A stretch of 64,000 nucleotides of DNA from Lachnospiraceae bacterium (GCA_011960625.1 BLMJ01000224.1:97523-161522), one strand, 5' to 3'; counted from the stretch's first letter, positions 37,413-48,473 are shown. Numbers and translations are program-made. The notes: generated by a model not told the origin, from the sequence alone.

Positions 37413-39285
37413 AATCCTCACTCCTTCTTTCCTTTGTATCCTCTAACACCTCTTGATAATCTGTAATTCCTTTTCCCTCGTTGGGATGGCCGATAGAATA
37501 TCCGCAATCCGCCGCATACACGCACAAAAGCACAAGACAACTCCACACCAACACATTTTTCCTAATCTCTCGTATTCGATTATCCAGAAGGGGCGCCGCC
37601 ACATACACGATTACCATGCCCCCGATTCCGAACACCAACAAGCCCTCCGCGCAGATCCGCCCGTTCAGGTTCAGAAAATATCCGCTGTAGTCCCACCATT
37701 TCTTTCCGTCATAGACCCTCTCAAGATAGTACGACGTCCCGTATTCCACAAGCCCGCATACGAAAATAATACTGAAAAACTGAATGACCGGATGATTGCG
37801 CACCCTGTTTAACAGCGTAAGAAGCAGCACTCCGCCTGTTCCGTAAATGGGAAGCCACGGCCCATGAAGGGTCCCGCGGTTGACGAACCCCCCATCCAGC
37901 ACCAGATGTATGCTTACCTCCCAACACCAGCCAATCAAAGAGAAAATAAAAAACAGCATTATCAGAGACCATATGGAATAATGGCGCATATAGTGAAAGG
38001 TTTCGAATCTCTTCTGTTTCGTCACCTCTGGATAATTAGACAGCCTTACCGGATAGACTCTTCCTTCCGCCACTTCCTTGTACATTCCAAGCCGCGTCTT
38101 AAGCTCCCGGCTCTCTTCGTAGTCTCTGTCTTCTCTGGAATCCCCCAGCAAAATACCAAACCAGTCGGATAAAAAGCCTCTGATTCCCTCCGGCTTCTTT
38201 ACGCTGCCCTCCTGTTCTTTCTTCCACTCCACCACGTCCGCATAGGCTTCTTCCAAAATCTCCTTTGGCGCCCTCTCATACAGATAGGAATCATTCAAAA
38301 GCTTTGCCCCGGGAAGAGCCGCCTCTTTTGCCTGAAGGCGCAACCCTGCATAATACTCGCAGTACGCAGCCAACTGGTAGGGCAGGGAATAGAATACCTC
38401 TGTCAGTCCAAAGGTAAAGGCCCCGAGAATGGCCCAGCCAATAAAAGAACATTCCATCACGAAACATTCCCACTTATGTCCCCGCATCATTTTCCGGGAA
38501 AGCGTAATTGCCTGCCGCCCGCTAATCTCCGGGTTCTCTGCCAGAATATAGGGCACTAAGAAGTAAGAGTAATACTTGATAAACCCTCCGATAATGGTCA
38601 GAGTCCACAGGAATAAATAGACCGAATACACCAGCATGGCAAGCGATACCTTCATCCAGCGCTTCACGCGCAGCAAGAACATAAACCGATAAATCGGCAG
38701 TTTCTCGTAACATCGGCTCTCAAGAAACATTCTCGCCGCAATCACCGCATAAGTATTAACCACCATCAGATAGAAGCCAAACATTCCTGCAAAAGCCAAC
38801 AGGACCAGAATAAGGCTTCCCAGATTATCCGATCCGAACAAGGAATTAATCCCTGACACAAACATCACAATAAAGGATCCGGAGGTGATGCCGTTAACCA
38901 GCTTTGACAAGGCGCCTTTGCTTCTTCCCAGAACCCGGTTCCCCTCCTTCGACCGCTCAATCTCTGCCTCCTTAAGTCTCTCCGAGAGTTCCCTCCCTTT
39001 TTCAGGGTCTCCCATCATAATATGCTCCACTACGTCAAGCAGCCCAACGCTGCCCATTGCCACCCTGGTATCATTCTCGGCTGTCCATTCGCCCTCCTCT
39101 AAGGGCGCCGTCTGTGTCTCTGCCTCGGCAGCCGACACCTTCTCTGATGAATACATCCTCACAAAATTATCAAAACTCGAGCTTTGCAGCCCCAGAAATA
39201 CAGCAATCAGACCTGTCATCACCAAAATCATATAATGTCTTTTTACCGTCTGCCTTGCTCTGGTTTTTATCTCTCTTCTAGTCAT
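37321..39285 (-). CDS. DUF975 membrane protein fused to a DUF1113-type permease-like domain
   Basis: 'LWT...GGFIKYYSY..VPYILAENP' and 'SRKMM.GHKW' (DUF975); 'GW.WE', 'NRG.L.GPWLPIYG' and 'WWDYS..FLNLNGRIC' (DUF1113-type). Confidence 0.85.
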   Translation of the reverse strand: MTRREIKTRARQTVKRHYMILVMTGLIAVFLGLQSSSFDNFVRMYSSEKVSAAEAETQTAPLEEGEWTAENDTRVAMGSVGLLDVVEHIMMGDPEKGRELSERLKEAEIERSKEGNRVLGRSKGALSKLVNGITSGSFIVMFVSGINSLFGSDNLGSLILVLLAFAGMFGFYLMVVNTYAVIAARMFLESRCYEKLPIYRFMFLLRVKRWMKVSLAMLVYSVYLFLWTLTIIGGFIKYYSYFLVPYILAENPEISGRQAITLSRKMMRGHKWECFVMECSFIGWAILGAFTFGLTEVFYSLPYQLAAYCEYYAGLRLQAKEAALPGAKLLNDSYLYERAPKEILEEAYADVVEWKKEQEGSVKKPEGIRGFLSDWFGILLGDSREDRDYEESRELKTRLGMYKEVAEGRVYPVRLSNYPEVTKQKRFETFHYMRHYSIWSLIMLFFIFSLIGWCWEVSIHLVLDGGFVNRGTLHGPWLPIYGTGGVLLLTLLNRVRNHPVIQFFSIIFVCGLVEYGTSYYLERVYDGKKWWDYSGYFLNLNGRICAEGLLVFGIGGMVIVYVAAPLLDNRIREIRKNVLVWSCLVLLCVYAADCGYSIGHPNEGKGITDYQEVLEDTKERRSEDYVSDIIVSAVCVGQCIYYPVDYSVAEYLQA

Positions 39286-39484
39286 ATTGCTCCTCTTCTG
39301 TCGTAACCCTCATTCACACTGCAGGTAAATATTTTGCCACAGTACTTTTTATCATACATGATTTTTTTTAGAATGAAAATATTTTTTTTGAATCTTAAGG
39401 GAAATTAAGAATATGATAAGATAATAAACTGTGATACAATAATCTAACGAAGGGTTTACATGATAGAAAGAAGTGAATTGAAAT

Positions 39485-40608
39485 ATGCAGTCTCAGCAAG
39501 TTGATTTTGGAACTGAAAACGTATCCCGAAATATTCTCTCTGTGGCAGCCCCTATGCTGGCAGCGCAGCTTTTAAATCTTTTATACAACATCATCGATCG
39601 TATCTACATAGGAAAATTCCCGGCCAGGGCACTCTTGCCCTGGCCGGACTTGGACTCTGTTTTCCGGTAATCACGTAATCACCATGGTAACTGCCTTCTC
39701 TAACCTTTTCGGAGTAGGCGGGGCCCCTCTGTGCGCCATTGCACGAGGAAAGAATGACAGACAAAAAGCCCAAGAGATTATGAACAACGCCTTCTTTATG
39801 CTCGTCTTAACTGGAATCCTCCTGACCTTCACTGGGATTATATTCCACAGACCCTTGCTCTTCCTGTTTGGGGCAAGCGCCGCCACCTACCCCTATGCCT
39901 CTGGCTACATGGTAATCTACCTGTTCGGTACCGTCTTTGTGATGGTCTCTCTTGGCATGAATCCTTATATCAACAGCCAGGGATTTGCAAAGGTAGGCAT
40001 GAAGACTGTGCTATTGGGAGCCGCAGTCAATATTATTCTGGACCCCATTTTTATCTTCCTGCTTAACCTGGGCGTCAAAGGCGCCGCCCTTGCAACCATC
40101 CTTTCCCAGTTTTTCTCCGCCCTCTGGGTTATACGCTTTCTCACTGGTAAACAGGCCGAATTGACCCTTGATTTTCGTGGATTTTCTCCAAACCTCTTGT
40201 GCATCTTCGAGATCGCAAAGCTCGGAGTCTCCACCTTCTGCATGGCATTTACCAACAGTCTGGTCCAGATTGTCTGCAACTTTTAATCACAACGAAGAAC
40301 TAATGGCGGCGGCAGTCCCTTCCATGCACGTATACTTTTTTGGATTTTTTATGATGGCGTTTCAGTTCGCAGGCCAGGGCGTGTTTAAAGCCTTAAACAG
40401 ACCGAAACAGGCTGTATTTTTCTCACTTCTGAGAAAAGTGGTTATCGTGGTCCCGCTGACCCTTTTTCTTCCCCACATCGGCGCTCTGGGAGTAACCGGC
40501 GTTTTCCTTGCCGAACCGATTTCCAACTTTATCGGGGGGCTTTCCTGCTATCTGACTATGCGGGCAACCATCCTAAAAAAACTGCCGCCTGATTCCAGAG
40601 CGGCATAA
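39485..40608 (+). pseudogene. MATE family efflux transporter pseudogene
   Basis: MATE motifs ('NLLYNIIDRIYIG', 'NIILDPIFIF..LGVKGAALAT', 'AEPIS') are split over three frames by a -1 at A4 39613-39616, an 8-bp duplication at 39667-39682 and an internal deletion near 40281. Confidence 0.88.
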
Positions 40609-40624
40609 TGAATTTTCCTGTATT

Positions 40625-41638
40625 CTATTCCTGCCAATGAAGCGCCTGGTGCTCTGGTCTTCCGTCTCGGAGCATCAGCTCGTTTACAGCCTCCCTGGGG
40701 TCTTTTCCTTCAAACAAAACCTCGCTTACTTTGTCGATAATCGGAAGCGACACCCCATACTTTTTCCCCAACTTTACCGCTGCCTTGGCAGAATATACGC
40801 CTTCCACCACCATCTGTACCTCCTCCATGGCTTCCTGCATACTGCGTCCCTGGCCAATGAGATACCCTGCTTTCCGGTTACGGCTGTGAACACTGGCGCA
40901 AGTTACAATCAAATCCCCGATTCCCGTAAGACCGGTAAAACTTTCCACCGAGCCGCCCATCTTTACTCCAAGTCTTGCAATCTCGGCAATCCCTCTGGTA
41001 ATCAGGGCTGCCTTCGTGTTATCTCCATAACCTAAGCCGTCTGCAATTCCTGCCGCAAGGGCAATCACATTCTTAAGAGAGCCGCCTAACTCCATTCCCT
41101 GCATATCTGGGCTGATATACACACGGAACACTTCATTCATAAACATCTCCTGAAGATACTTAGCAATCTCTTTCCTCTTAGCCCCCACAACTACAATCGT
41201 AGGAAGCCCCCTGCCGACTTCCTCCGCATGGCTTGGCCCTGACAGCACCGCCACCTCTGCCTGAGGGATCTCCTCCTCAATCTGCTGCGAGAGTGTCATC
41301 AGCGTACTCTCCTCAATTCCCTTGGCCACATCCACAATAATCTGTCCTTCTGCGACATATGAACTCATATTTCGGGCAGTTTTCCTTGTAAATGGAGACG
41401 GCACCGCAAGCACGACGAAATCTTTCCCTTTCACCGTACTCTCTATATCTGTCGTAAATACCATATCCTCAGGAAGCTTTACTCCCGGCAGCTTACTCAC
41501 ATGCTCCCGCTTCTCAGACAGCAGCTTCACTTCCTCTTCACTGATTGACCACACCGTAACCTGGTGTCCGTTCTTGTGAAGCAGTAATGCCAACGCTGTT
41601 CCCCAACTTCCTGCACCCATAATTCCTACATTTGCCAT
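40625..41638 (-). CDS. gpsA: NAD(P)H-dependent glycerol-3-phosphate dehydrogenase
   Basis: 'GAGSWGTALA', 'LSGPSHAEEV', 'LKNVIA', 'GDLIVTC.S.HSRN'. Confidence 0.96.
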   Translation of the reverse strand: MANVGIMGAGSWGTALALLLHKNGHQVTVWSISEEEVKLLSEKREHVSKLPGVKLPEDMVFTTDIESTVKGKDFVVLAVPSPFTRKTARNMSSYVAEGQIIVDVAKGIEESTLMTLSQQIEEEIPQAEVAVLSGPSHAEEVGRGLPTIVVVGAKRKEIAKYLQEMFMNEVFRVYISPDMQGMELGGSLKNVIALAAGIADGLGYGDNTKAALITRGIAEIARLGVKMGGSVESFTGLTGIGDLIVTCASVHSRNRKAGYLIGQGRSMQEAMEEVQMVVEGVYSAKAAVKLGKKYGVSLPIIDKVSEVLFEGKDPREAVNELMLRDGRPEHQALHWQE

Positions 41639-41711
41639 AGTCCTCATATCCTTTCTTTCAATTTATATCTCTAATCTCCTAGTGTAGTGTCTGTATTATA
41701 TCTGGTGAAAC

Positions 41712-41729
41712 CTAGTGTACTGACACATT
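41712..41729. repeat. Half copy of the CTAG palindromic repeat
   Basis: CTAGTGTACTGACACATT matches the left arm of the copies at 11935 and 45086. Confidence 0.65.
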
Positions 41730-42372
41730 ACTTACTCTTCCCCACACTCAGCTTATTCTCCGTCCCTGTCATAAGCCGCTTAATATTCGCCCTGTGCTTG
41801 AAGAAGGCCGATACCATCAGAAACGCCGCAATCCCGTACATCTCATAGAGATAATTCTGCCCAATCCCATACACTCCCGTCTGTCCAAGGTAAATCACCT
41901 CCAAAAGGTAGAGAATCACCACCACAAGAGAGCCTAAGGAAACGTATTTCGTTCCTGCCACAATCCCCAGAAACGCTGCAAGACAGATCAGCACCATCCA
42001 GGCATTGGTCGTACTCAAAAGCAGACCGGCAGTAGTGGCAATCCCTTTGCCCCCTTTAAATTTCATGTAAAATGGATAGTTGTGCCCCAAAACTGCTCCC
42101 ATGCCTGCATACATAGACAACAGCGGCAGCATATCCCCATGGCTGTCCTGATAAATAAAACGTACCAGCAGAACTGCAAACACACACTTAAAGGCATCTC
42201 CAAGCAGCGTCACCACTCCGGCCTTCCACCCCATTGTCCGAAGAGCGTTGGTAGTTCCGGCATTCCCGCTTCCTTTGCTTCGAATGTCTATATGGTGCAC
42301 TTTTCCATATATATATCCCGTCTGCAGCAGACCAAACACATACCCGATTAATACACTGACCAAACGTTCCAT
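41728..42372 (-). CDS. plsY: Glycerol-3-phosphate 1-O-acyltransferase
   Basis: 'DIR..GSGNAGTTN..R', 'GHNYP...FKGGKG', 'HRANIKRL..GTE'. der-plsY-gpsA synteny. Confidence 0.95.
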   Translation of the reverse strand: MERLVSVLIGYVFGLLQTGYIYGKVHHIDIRSKGSGNAGTTNALRTMGWKAGVVTLLGDAFKCVFAVLLVRFIYQDSHGDMLPLLSMYAGMGAVLGHNYPFYMKFKGGKGIATTAGLLLSTTNAWMVLICLAAFLGIVAGTKYVSLGSLVVVILYLLEVIYLGQTGVYGIGQNYLYEMYGIAAFLMVSAFFKHRANIKRLMTGTENKLSVGKSK

Positions 42373-42375
42373 AAT

Positions 42376-43704
42376 CTAACGCCCCTTTTCCTTTCTCTCC
42401 CTGATAAAGAATTTCAGTGAAGTCCCACGGAAACCGAATGCCTCTCGAACCTTATTCTCAAGATACCTGGTATAAGAGAAATGCATCAGCTCCTTGTCGT
42501 TAACAAAAATCACAAACGTTGGCGGCTTTACTGATACCTGTGTGATATAGTAGAGTTTCAGCCTCTTCCCCTTATCGGACGGGGGCTGCTGCATTGCCAC
42601 AGCCTCCATCATAATCTCATTGAGTACGCCTGTTGCCACACGCATGGACTGATTCTCAATTACCATATCAATCATGTCGTACAGCTTGACCAGACGCTGC
42701 CCTGTCTGTGCGGATACGTACATAATCTCCGCATAAGGCATAAATGACAGGACGCGGCGGACCTCGTTCTCATACTCACGCATAGTCCTATCGTTCTTCT
42801 CGATAGCGTCCCACTTATTGACTACAATAATAATTCCCTTGCCTCTCTCATGGGCAATCCCCGCAATCTTCGCATCCTGCTCTGTCACGCCCTCCACGGC
42901 GTCAATCACCATCAGCACCACGTCCGCACGCTCCACGGCAGACACCGCCCGAATAATACTGTAGCGTTCTAATTCCTCCTTAATCCTGCTCTTTCTGCGA
43001 AGTCCGGCAGTGTCGATAAACACATATTCTTTGCCGTTGTATACAATATCCGTATCAATAGCATCCCTGGTGGTCCCTGCTATATCCGACACAATCACCC
43101 TCTGTTCACCGAGAAGTTTATTGATTATGGAGGATTTCCCCACATTGGGCTTTCCGATAATCGCTACCCTGGGTCTGTCATCCTCTTCTTCTGTCTCTGC
43201 TCCTTTTGGGAAATATTTGATCACTTCATCCAGCATATCTCCCAGTCCAAGCCGTGACGCTGAAGATACTGCAAGGGGATCACCGATTCCAAGATTATAA
43301 AACTCATATACATCCGGCATGAACTTCTCAAAACTGTCCACCTTATTCACCACCAGCAGAACCGGCTTTGCTGAACGTCTCAACATGTCCGCCACTTTTG
43401 AATCTGCATCTACCAACCCTTGGCGGACATCCGTCAGAAACAGAATGACATCCGCTGTATCAATGGCAATCTGTGCCTGCTCCCTCATCTGTGACAAAAT
43501 GATATCCTTGCTCTCCGGCTCAATTCCCCCTGTATCTACCAGAGTAAATTCTCGGTCAAGCCAGGTTACGTCCGCATAGATACGGTCCCTGGTCACGCCC
43601 GGCGTGTCCTTCACAATCGAAATCATCTCGCCAGCCAGCGCATTAAAAAGGGTCGATTTTCCTACATTAGGCCTTCCAACAATCGCCACTACTGGTTTAC
43701 TCAT
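42376..43704 (-). CDS. der: Ribosome biogenesis GTPase Der (EngA)
   Basis: Two G-domains ('GRPNVGKST', 'GKPNVGKSS') and a KH-like C-terminus. Confidence 0.97.
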   Translation of the reverse strand: MSKPVVAIVGRPNVGKSTLFNALAGEMISIVKDTPGVTRDRIYADVTWLDREFTLVDTGGIEPESKDIILSQMREQAQIAIDTADVILFLTDVRQGLVDADSKVADMLRRSAKPVLLVVNKVDSFEKFMPDVYEFYNLGIGDPLAVSSASRLGLGDMLDEVIKYFPKGAETEEEDDRPRVAIIGKPNVGKSSIINKLLGEQRVIVSDIAGTTRDAIDTDIVYNGKEYVFIDTAGLRRKSRIKEELERYSIIRAVSAVERADVVLMVIDAVEGVTEQDAKIAGIAHERGKGIIIVVNKWDAIEKNDRTMREYENEVRRVLSFMPYAEIMYVSAQTGQRLVKLYDMIDMVIENQSMRVATGVLNEIMMEAVAMQQPPSDKGKRLKLYYITQVSVKPPTFVIFVNDKELMHFSYTRYLENKVREAFGFRGTSLKFFIRERKEKGR

Positions 43705-43747
43705 ACTCTATCTCCTATTCTCACTTTTTCTTTCAGACTTTCTATCT

Positions 43748-45067
43748 TCAAACCCTCAATACTGCCTCCAGGAAATCCTGTCCGCTTGATTTTACAATAT
43801 CCACACGGACTTGTAAAGCCTCTTCCACCTCTGAAAGCGTAATATCATCCAGAAACACTTTTTCCCCGCTGCGAAACATATTGCAGGGCAGCAAAAGCCG
43901 CTCACCAAGCTTTCTGCCCCGAAGCTGTGCAGTCAAGTCTTGTCCTGTAATCAGCCCCGACACCGTAATCAGCTCTCCAAAAAAGTGATTCTGAATCGGG
44001 TAGATATAGACCTTCGTCCCAGGATACTTACACTCTAGCTTGTCTGCCATCCGCCTAATGTAGGGATAGGCCAAAAAACCGGTAGCTATCGAAACTGCCC
44101 TTTCTCTATCGTCACCTTCGGCCTCTTCATATGCCTTCTCAAACTCATTCTCCAAAAGCCGCAGCATGCCGACGCCGTTCTCAAGCTGAAGATAGCCGTC
44201 GTACCGCTCTTCCTCTGGCAGCTCTTCCTCTGCCAAGATATACCATTCGTCGCCTGCGTGAATGAAATGGCTTCCATGCTTCTCATAAATCCTCTCCTGC
44301 CACCGGTGAATTGTTTTCAGGACTTCTTTTGCGTCATCCTTCTGAAAGGGCTCTAGCGGATACAGACCTTCCCGATACTTGGTCAGTCCCACAGGAACCA
44401 CCGATACGCTCTGTAAGCAGGGAATATACCTGGTCAGCTCACGGATACTATGCTCTAATTCCTCTCCGTCATTGACGCCCTTGCACAATACAATCTGGCC
44501 ATTCATCTGAATCCCCCCGGCATAGAGCCTATCCACCTTCTTTAGCGCCTCGCCTGCGAAACGGTTGTGCAGCATCTCGCACCGAAGCTTTGGATTCATG
44601 GTGTGAAACGATATATTAATGGGCTCCAAGTGATAGTTCACAATTCGCTCAATATCATGGTCGCTCATGTTCGTGAGTGTCACATAATTCCCCTGAAGAA
44701 AGGACAACCTGGAATCATCATCCTTAAAATATAGGGTATCGCGCATTCCCTTGGGCATCTGGTCAATAAAACAGAACATGCACTTGTTCCTGCAGGAACG
44801 GTACTCATCCATTAATCCCTGCTCAAATTCAAGCCCAAGGTCTTCCTCATAATCTTTTTCAAGCTCAAGCTCCCATTCCTCACCGTCAGGCTTTTTAATC
44901 ACAAGCGTGAGTTCCTCATCATTTACATAAAAATGATAGTCAAACACATCCTCGACCTCACTGTCATTAATAGAAATGAGCCTGTCGCCTGCTTCAATCC
45001 CCATCTCCTGTGCGATACTTCCCGGCAGCACCTTCTTTATGACATGTTCATGTTTCTTTCTACTCAT
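43748..45067 (-). CDS. DUF512 domain Fe-S/radical-SAM-like protein with N-terminal PDZ-like domain
   Basis: 'CRNKCMFCFIDQMP', 'KDDDSRLSFL.GN', 'QLENGVG'. Typical position upstream of der. Confidence 0.9.
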   Translation of the reverse strand: MSRKKHEHVIKKVLPGSIAQEMGIEAGDRLISINDSEVEDVFDYHFYVNDEELTLVIKKPDGEEWELELEKDYEEDLGLEFEQGLMDEYRSCRNKCMFCFIDQMPKGMRDTLYFKDDDSRLSFLQGNYVTLTNMSDHDIERIVNYHLEPINISFHTMNPKLRCEMLHNRFAGEALKKVDRLYAGGIQMNGQIVLCKGVNDGEELEHSIRELTRYIPCLQSVSVVPVGLTKYREGLYPLEPFQKDDAKEVLKTIHRWQERIYEKHGSHFIHAGDEWYILAEEELPEEERYDGYLQLENGVGMLRLLENEFEKAYEEAEGDDRERAVSIATGFLAYPYIRRMADKLECKYPGTKVYIYPIQNHFFGELITVSGLITGQDLTAQLRGRKLGERLLLPCNMFRSGEKVFLDDITLSEVEEALQVRVDIVKSSGQDFLEAVLRV

Positions 45068-45085
45068 TTTCCACCTATCTCTCTA

Positions 45086-45133
45086 CTAGTGTGCTGACAC
45101 ATTTGACTGAAAGTAAATGTGTCAGCACACTGG
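45086..45133. repeat. CTAG-terminated palindromic repeat (MITE/REP-like), copy 2
   Basis: Perfect 17-bp inverted repeat AGTGTGCTGACACATTT / AAATGTGTCAGCACACT with a 10-nt loop. Confidence 0.8.
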
Positions 45134-45300
45134 ATTCTCTGTCTTTAGTATAGCACAACATATATTTGATTCCTACTATAAAATTTGTTAAACTATATCA
45201 AAGAGCATCCTTTCGTTACTGTTTGCTCCGTGACCAGTAACACCTTTATCCCATGCTCTTTTCAGCAGATGGATTTCATCAAAATATAGGAGAACGAACT

Positions 45301-46065
45301 ATGAACACAGTAAAAGTGAGAAACCTAGAGCTGGGAGCCGGCATTCCGGCTATCTGTATTCCCAATGTAGGAAAATCCCAGGAGGAAATTATTTCCCTGA
45401 CAAGACACTACAAAGAGCTTCCCATGGATCTTATGGAATGGCGTGCAGACTGGTTTGAAGATATAGATAATATCTATAATGTTACAGAGGTGCTGACCCA
45501 ACTACGGGAAATTCTTGGCGACATTCCTCTTCTTTTCACCTTTCGGACAAAGCGGGAAGGAGGCGTCCATACGATGAATACCGACACATACATTTCCCTG
45601 AATAAATCAGTGGCAGCCACCGGTATGGCCGACCTTATGGATGTGGAGCTCTTTACCGGAGATGAGCTTGTGACAGACTTGATTTCCTACATCCACCAAT
45701 ACAATACAAAGGTGGTGGTATCCAATCACGATTTTCACAAGACGCCCGCCAAGTCTGATATTATATACCGTTTGCGAAAGATGCAGGACCTGGGAGCCGA
45801 TATCCCCAAGATTGCGGTAATGCCCCAGAATAAGAAGGATGTCTTAACCCTCCTTGCCGCTACGGAAGAAATGACGACAGACTTTGCCGACCGTCCAATC
45901 ATTACCATGTCTATGGCAAGTCTTGGCAGCATCAGCCGTCTTACCTGTGAAATGTTCGGCTCTTGCCTGACTTTCGGCTCTGGTGAGACGGCTTCCGCTC
46001 CCGGGCAGCTTCGGGCAGAAGAATTACATAGCATTTTACAAAACATACATCGAATATTACTATAG
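45301..46065 (+). CDS. aroD: Type I 3-dehydroquinate dehydratase
   Basis: 'EWRAD', 'FTFRTKREGG', 'SNHDFHKTP', 'ADIPKIAVMP', 'SAPGQ'. Confidence 0.95.
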   Translation: MNTVKVRNLELGAGIPAICIPNVGKSQEEIISLTRHYKELPMDLMEWRADWFEDIDNIYNVTEVLTQLREILGDIPLLFTFRTKREGGVHTMNTDTYISLNKSVAATGMADLMDVELFTGDELVTDLISYIHQYNTKVVVSNHDFHKTPAKSDIIYRLRKMQDLGADIPKIAVMPQNKKDVLTLLAATEEMTTDFADRPIITMSMASLGSISRLTCEMFGSCLTFGSGETASAPGQLRAEELHSILQNIHRILL

Positions 46066-46146
46066 ATTTTATTTATAGTTCATGATAGAATATCAGCAGA
46101 TTATACAACTGAATATGGTGAAACAAATGAAGAAAGGAGCACTCCT

Positions 46147-47046
46147 ATGAATCTTTATCATCTCAGGTACTTTGTGACACTGGCTCATTTAGAACATTAT
46201 ACGAAAGCCGCTGAGATCCTGGCGATTACACAACCAAGCCTAAGCCATGCAATCTCCTCTCTTGAGAAAGAACTGGGAGTAAAATTATTTGAAAAAGACG
46301 GCCGCAATGTAGTCTTAACCAAATGCGGCCAGGCATTTTTGTCCGATGTAGAGCAGTCTCTTGAAATGCTGGATTCCAGCGTCAACAGACTCCAGATGAC
46401 AGGACTTGGCGAAGGCCGAATCGATATCGGTATGCTTCGTACCTTAAGCTCTGCTATCCCCAAATTTGTGAAAGATTTCCTGGATTCAAAACCAAATAAA
46501 AATATTCATTTTTACTTTCACGCTTCCACTGACCTGTCTGAGGATATCATCCAGGGCTTGAAAGAACGACGGTATGACATCGCCTTCTGCTTTAAGCTTG
46601 AGAATGAACCTTTGGTCGAATTTCACCCCATTTCTTGTCAGGAATTGGTGCTCATTGTTCCAAAGGGGCACCCCTTAGAAGGACGAGATTCCATCGACCT
46701 TGAGGATACCCTGGCCTATCCTCACATTACATTTTCAGAGCGAAGCGGGCTAAGACCTGTGATTGACCGGATGTTTGAGACCTGCGGCGGTTTCCCCCAA
46801 AGCGACTATGCCCTGGAAGAAGACCTGGCCATTGCAGGACTTGTAAGCGCAGGTTTCGGGATCTCGGTTATTCCGCGCATGTCCATCCTAGAGTACATGC
46901 CTGTCAAAATCATCGAAATCACCAAGCCAAGCTGGGAACGCATCTTTTATATGGCAACCCTGAAAAATGTATACGAAGCCCCTGTGATCCAGCATTTCAA
47001 GAATTTTGTGCTGGAGCATGCCGACCTGGTGAAAAAGAATTACTGA
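46147..47046 (+). CDS. LysR family transcriptional regulator
   Basis: HTH 'YTKAAE.L.ITQPSLS..I..LEKELG..LF' and a LysR substrate-binding domain. Confidence 0.94.
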   Translation: MNLYHLRYFVTLAHLEHYTKAAEILAITQPSLSHAISSLEKELGVKLFEKDGRNVVLTKCGQAFLSDVEQSLEMLDSSVNRLQMTGLGEGRIDIGMLRTLSSAIPKFVKDFLDSKPNKNIHFYFHASTDLSEDIIQGLKERRYDIAFCFKLENEPLVEFHPISCQELVLIVPKGHPLEGRDSIDLEDTLAYPHITFSERSGLRPVIDRMFETCGGFPQSDYALEEDLAIAGLVSAGFGISVIPRMSILEYMPVKIIEITKPSWERIFYMATLKNVYEAPVIQHFKNFVLEHADLVKKNY

Positions 47047-48473
47047 CAATACGTTCCACGCAGCTCAAATCCGTGGTCCATCGGGCCGCTTCCGCTGCCC
47101 AGGTTAAGCATGGCGCCAAGGGCGCCAGAAAGGTATGACTTTGCACGCTTTACCGAGGTGTTCAGGTCATACCCCTTGGCAAGGTTCGCTGCAATTCCGC
47201 TGGACAGAGTGCAGCCTGTCCCATGGGTATTTGGATTATCAATTCTCTTACCCCTAAACCAGCGATATGTGCCCTTGCAATAGAGCAGGTCATTGGCATC
47301 ATTCAGACTGTGTCCGCCTTTACACAGGACGGCACAGGAATATTTCTCGCTGATTTCCTGAGCCGCTGACACCATATCCTCATCAGTGAGGATTCTTTTG
47401 CCGCATAAAACCTCCGCCTCTTTTATATTAGGCGTCAACAGGCTGGCAAGGGGAAGCAGATATTCCTTCAATGCGGCAACGGCTTCCTCACTGATGAGTT
47501 TAGAACCACTGGTGGCCACCATCACTGGATCTAGAACGATATTCTTCGCATGATATTGAACCAATTTCTCTGCAATCACAGCAATAAGCGGACTTGCGGA
47601 TACCATGCCTATCTTCACTGCATCGGGCATAATATCGGTAAATATATTGTCTAGCTGCTCTCCTAAAAATTCTTTAGTTACCTCCATAATTCCTGTGACA
47701 CCAGTGGTATTCTGAGCTGTCAGGGCTGTAATCGCACTCATGGCATACACCCCATTGGCCAACATCGTCTTAATGTCCGCCTGGATACCTGCGCCTCCGC
47801 TGCAGTCACTTCCAGCGATTGTCAACACTCTTTTCCTGCTTAACGTTTTCTCTGTCAAACCTTTCAGTTCTTCTGCTGCCGTACGAATATCGGGCTGTGC
47901 AAAAATCGCGCTGATTACGGCAATCCCACAGATTCCTGTTCCTGCCAATTTTTCTACATTATCCTTCCCAATCCCTCCGATTGCGATTACCGGAATATCC
48001 ACCGCCTCACAGATTGCACGAAGAGTCTCGCTGCTTACGGCTTCTGCGTCTGCCTTGGAGCCTGTATGAAAAACCGCGCCTACGCCCAGATAATCAGCCC
48101 CCAGCTTCTCTGCAAGCACTGCCTGTTTCACCGTCTGAACAGATACGCCAATCAACTTGTCTTCCCCTAATTTTCTGCGCACCTCTCCTGCCTCCATGTC
48201 CTTTTGCCCCACATGAACTCCGTCTGCCTCTGCCTGCACAGCGATCTCCACATTGTCGTTGACCACAAAGGGCACCTGATACTTTCTGCATAACTTCTTT
48301 AGTTCCTTGGCTTCCTCCAAGAATCGCGCTTCGTCAAGCTCCTTCTCTCTTAACTGAATGAAGGTTGCGCCTCCCTCTAACGCCTGCTCTACCTGATGAG
48401 ACAATGTATCCCCATTCAGCCATCTTCGGTCTGTCACCGCATACATAAGCAAATCTTTCTTTTCACATTTCAT
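47040..48473 (-). CDS. thiED: Fused thiamine-phosphate synthase (ThiE) and HMP/HMP-P kinase (ThiD)
   Basis: N-half 'QLREK', 'VND', 'DGVHVGQ.D', 'AIGGI'; C-half 'IAGSDCSGGAGIQADIK', 'DPVMVATSG', 'THGTGCTLS', all in one ORF. Confidence 0.9.
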   Translation of the reverse strand: MKCEKKDLLMYAVTDRRWLNGDTLSHQVEQALEGGATFIQLREKELDEARFLEEAKELKKLCRKYQVPFVVNDNVEIAVQAEADGVHVGQKDMEAGEVRRKLGEDKLIGVSVQTVKQAVLAEKLGADYLGVGAVFHTGSKADAEAVSSETLRAICEAVDIPVIAIGGIGKDNVEKLAGTGICGIAVISAIFAQPDIRTAAEELKGLTEKTLSRKRVLTIAGSDCSGGAGIQADIKTMLANGVYAMSAITALTAQNTTGVTGIMEVTKEFLGEQLDNIFTDIMPDAVKIGMVSASPLIAVIAEKLVQYHAKNIVLDPVMVATSGSKLISEEAVAALKEYLLPLASLLTPNIKEAEVLCGKRILTDEDMVSAAQEISEKYSCAVLCKGGHSLNDANDLLYCKGTYRWFRGKRIDNPNTHGTGCTLSSGIAANLAKGYDLNTSVKRAKSYLSGALGAMLNLGSGSGPMDHGFELRGTYCQ

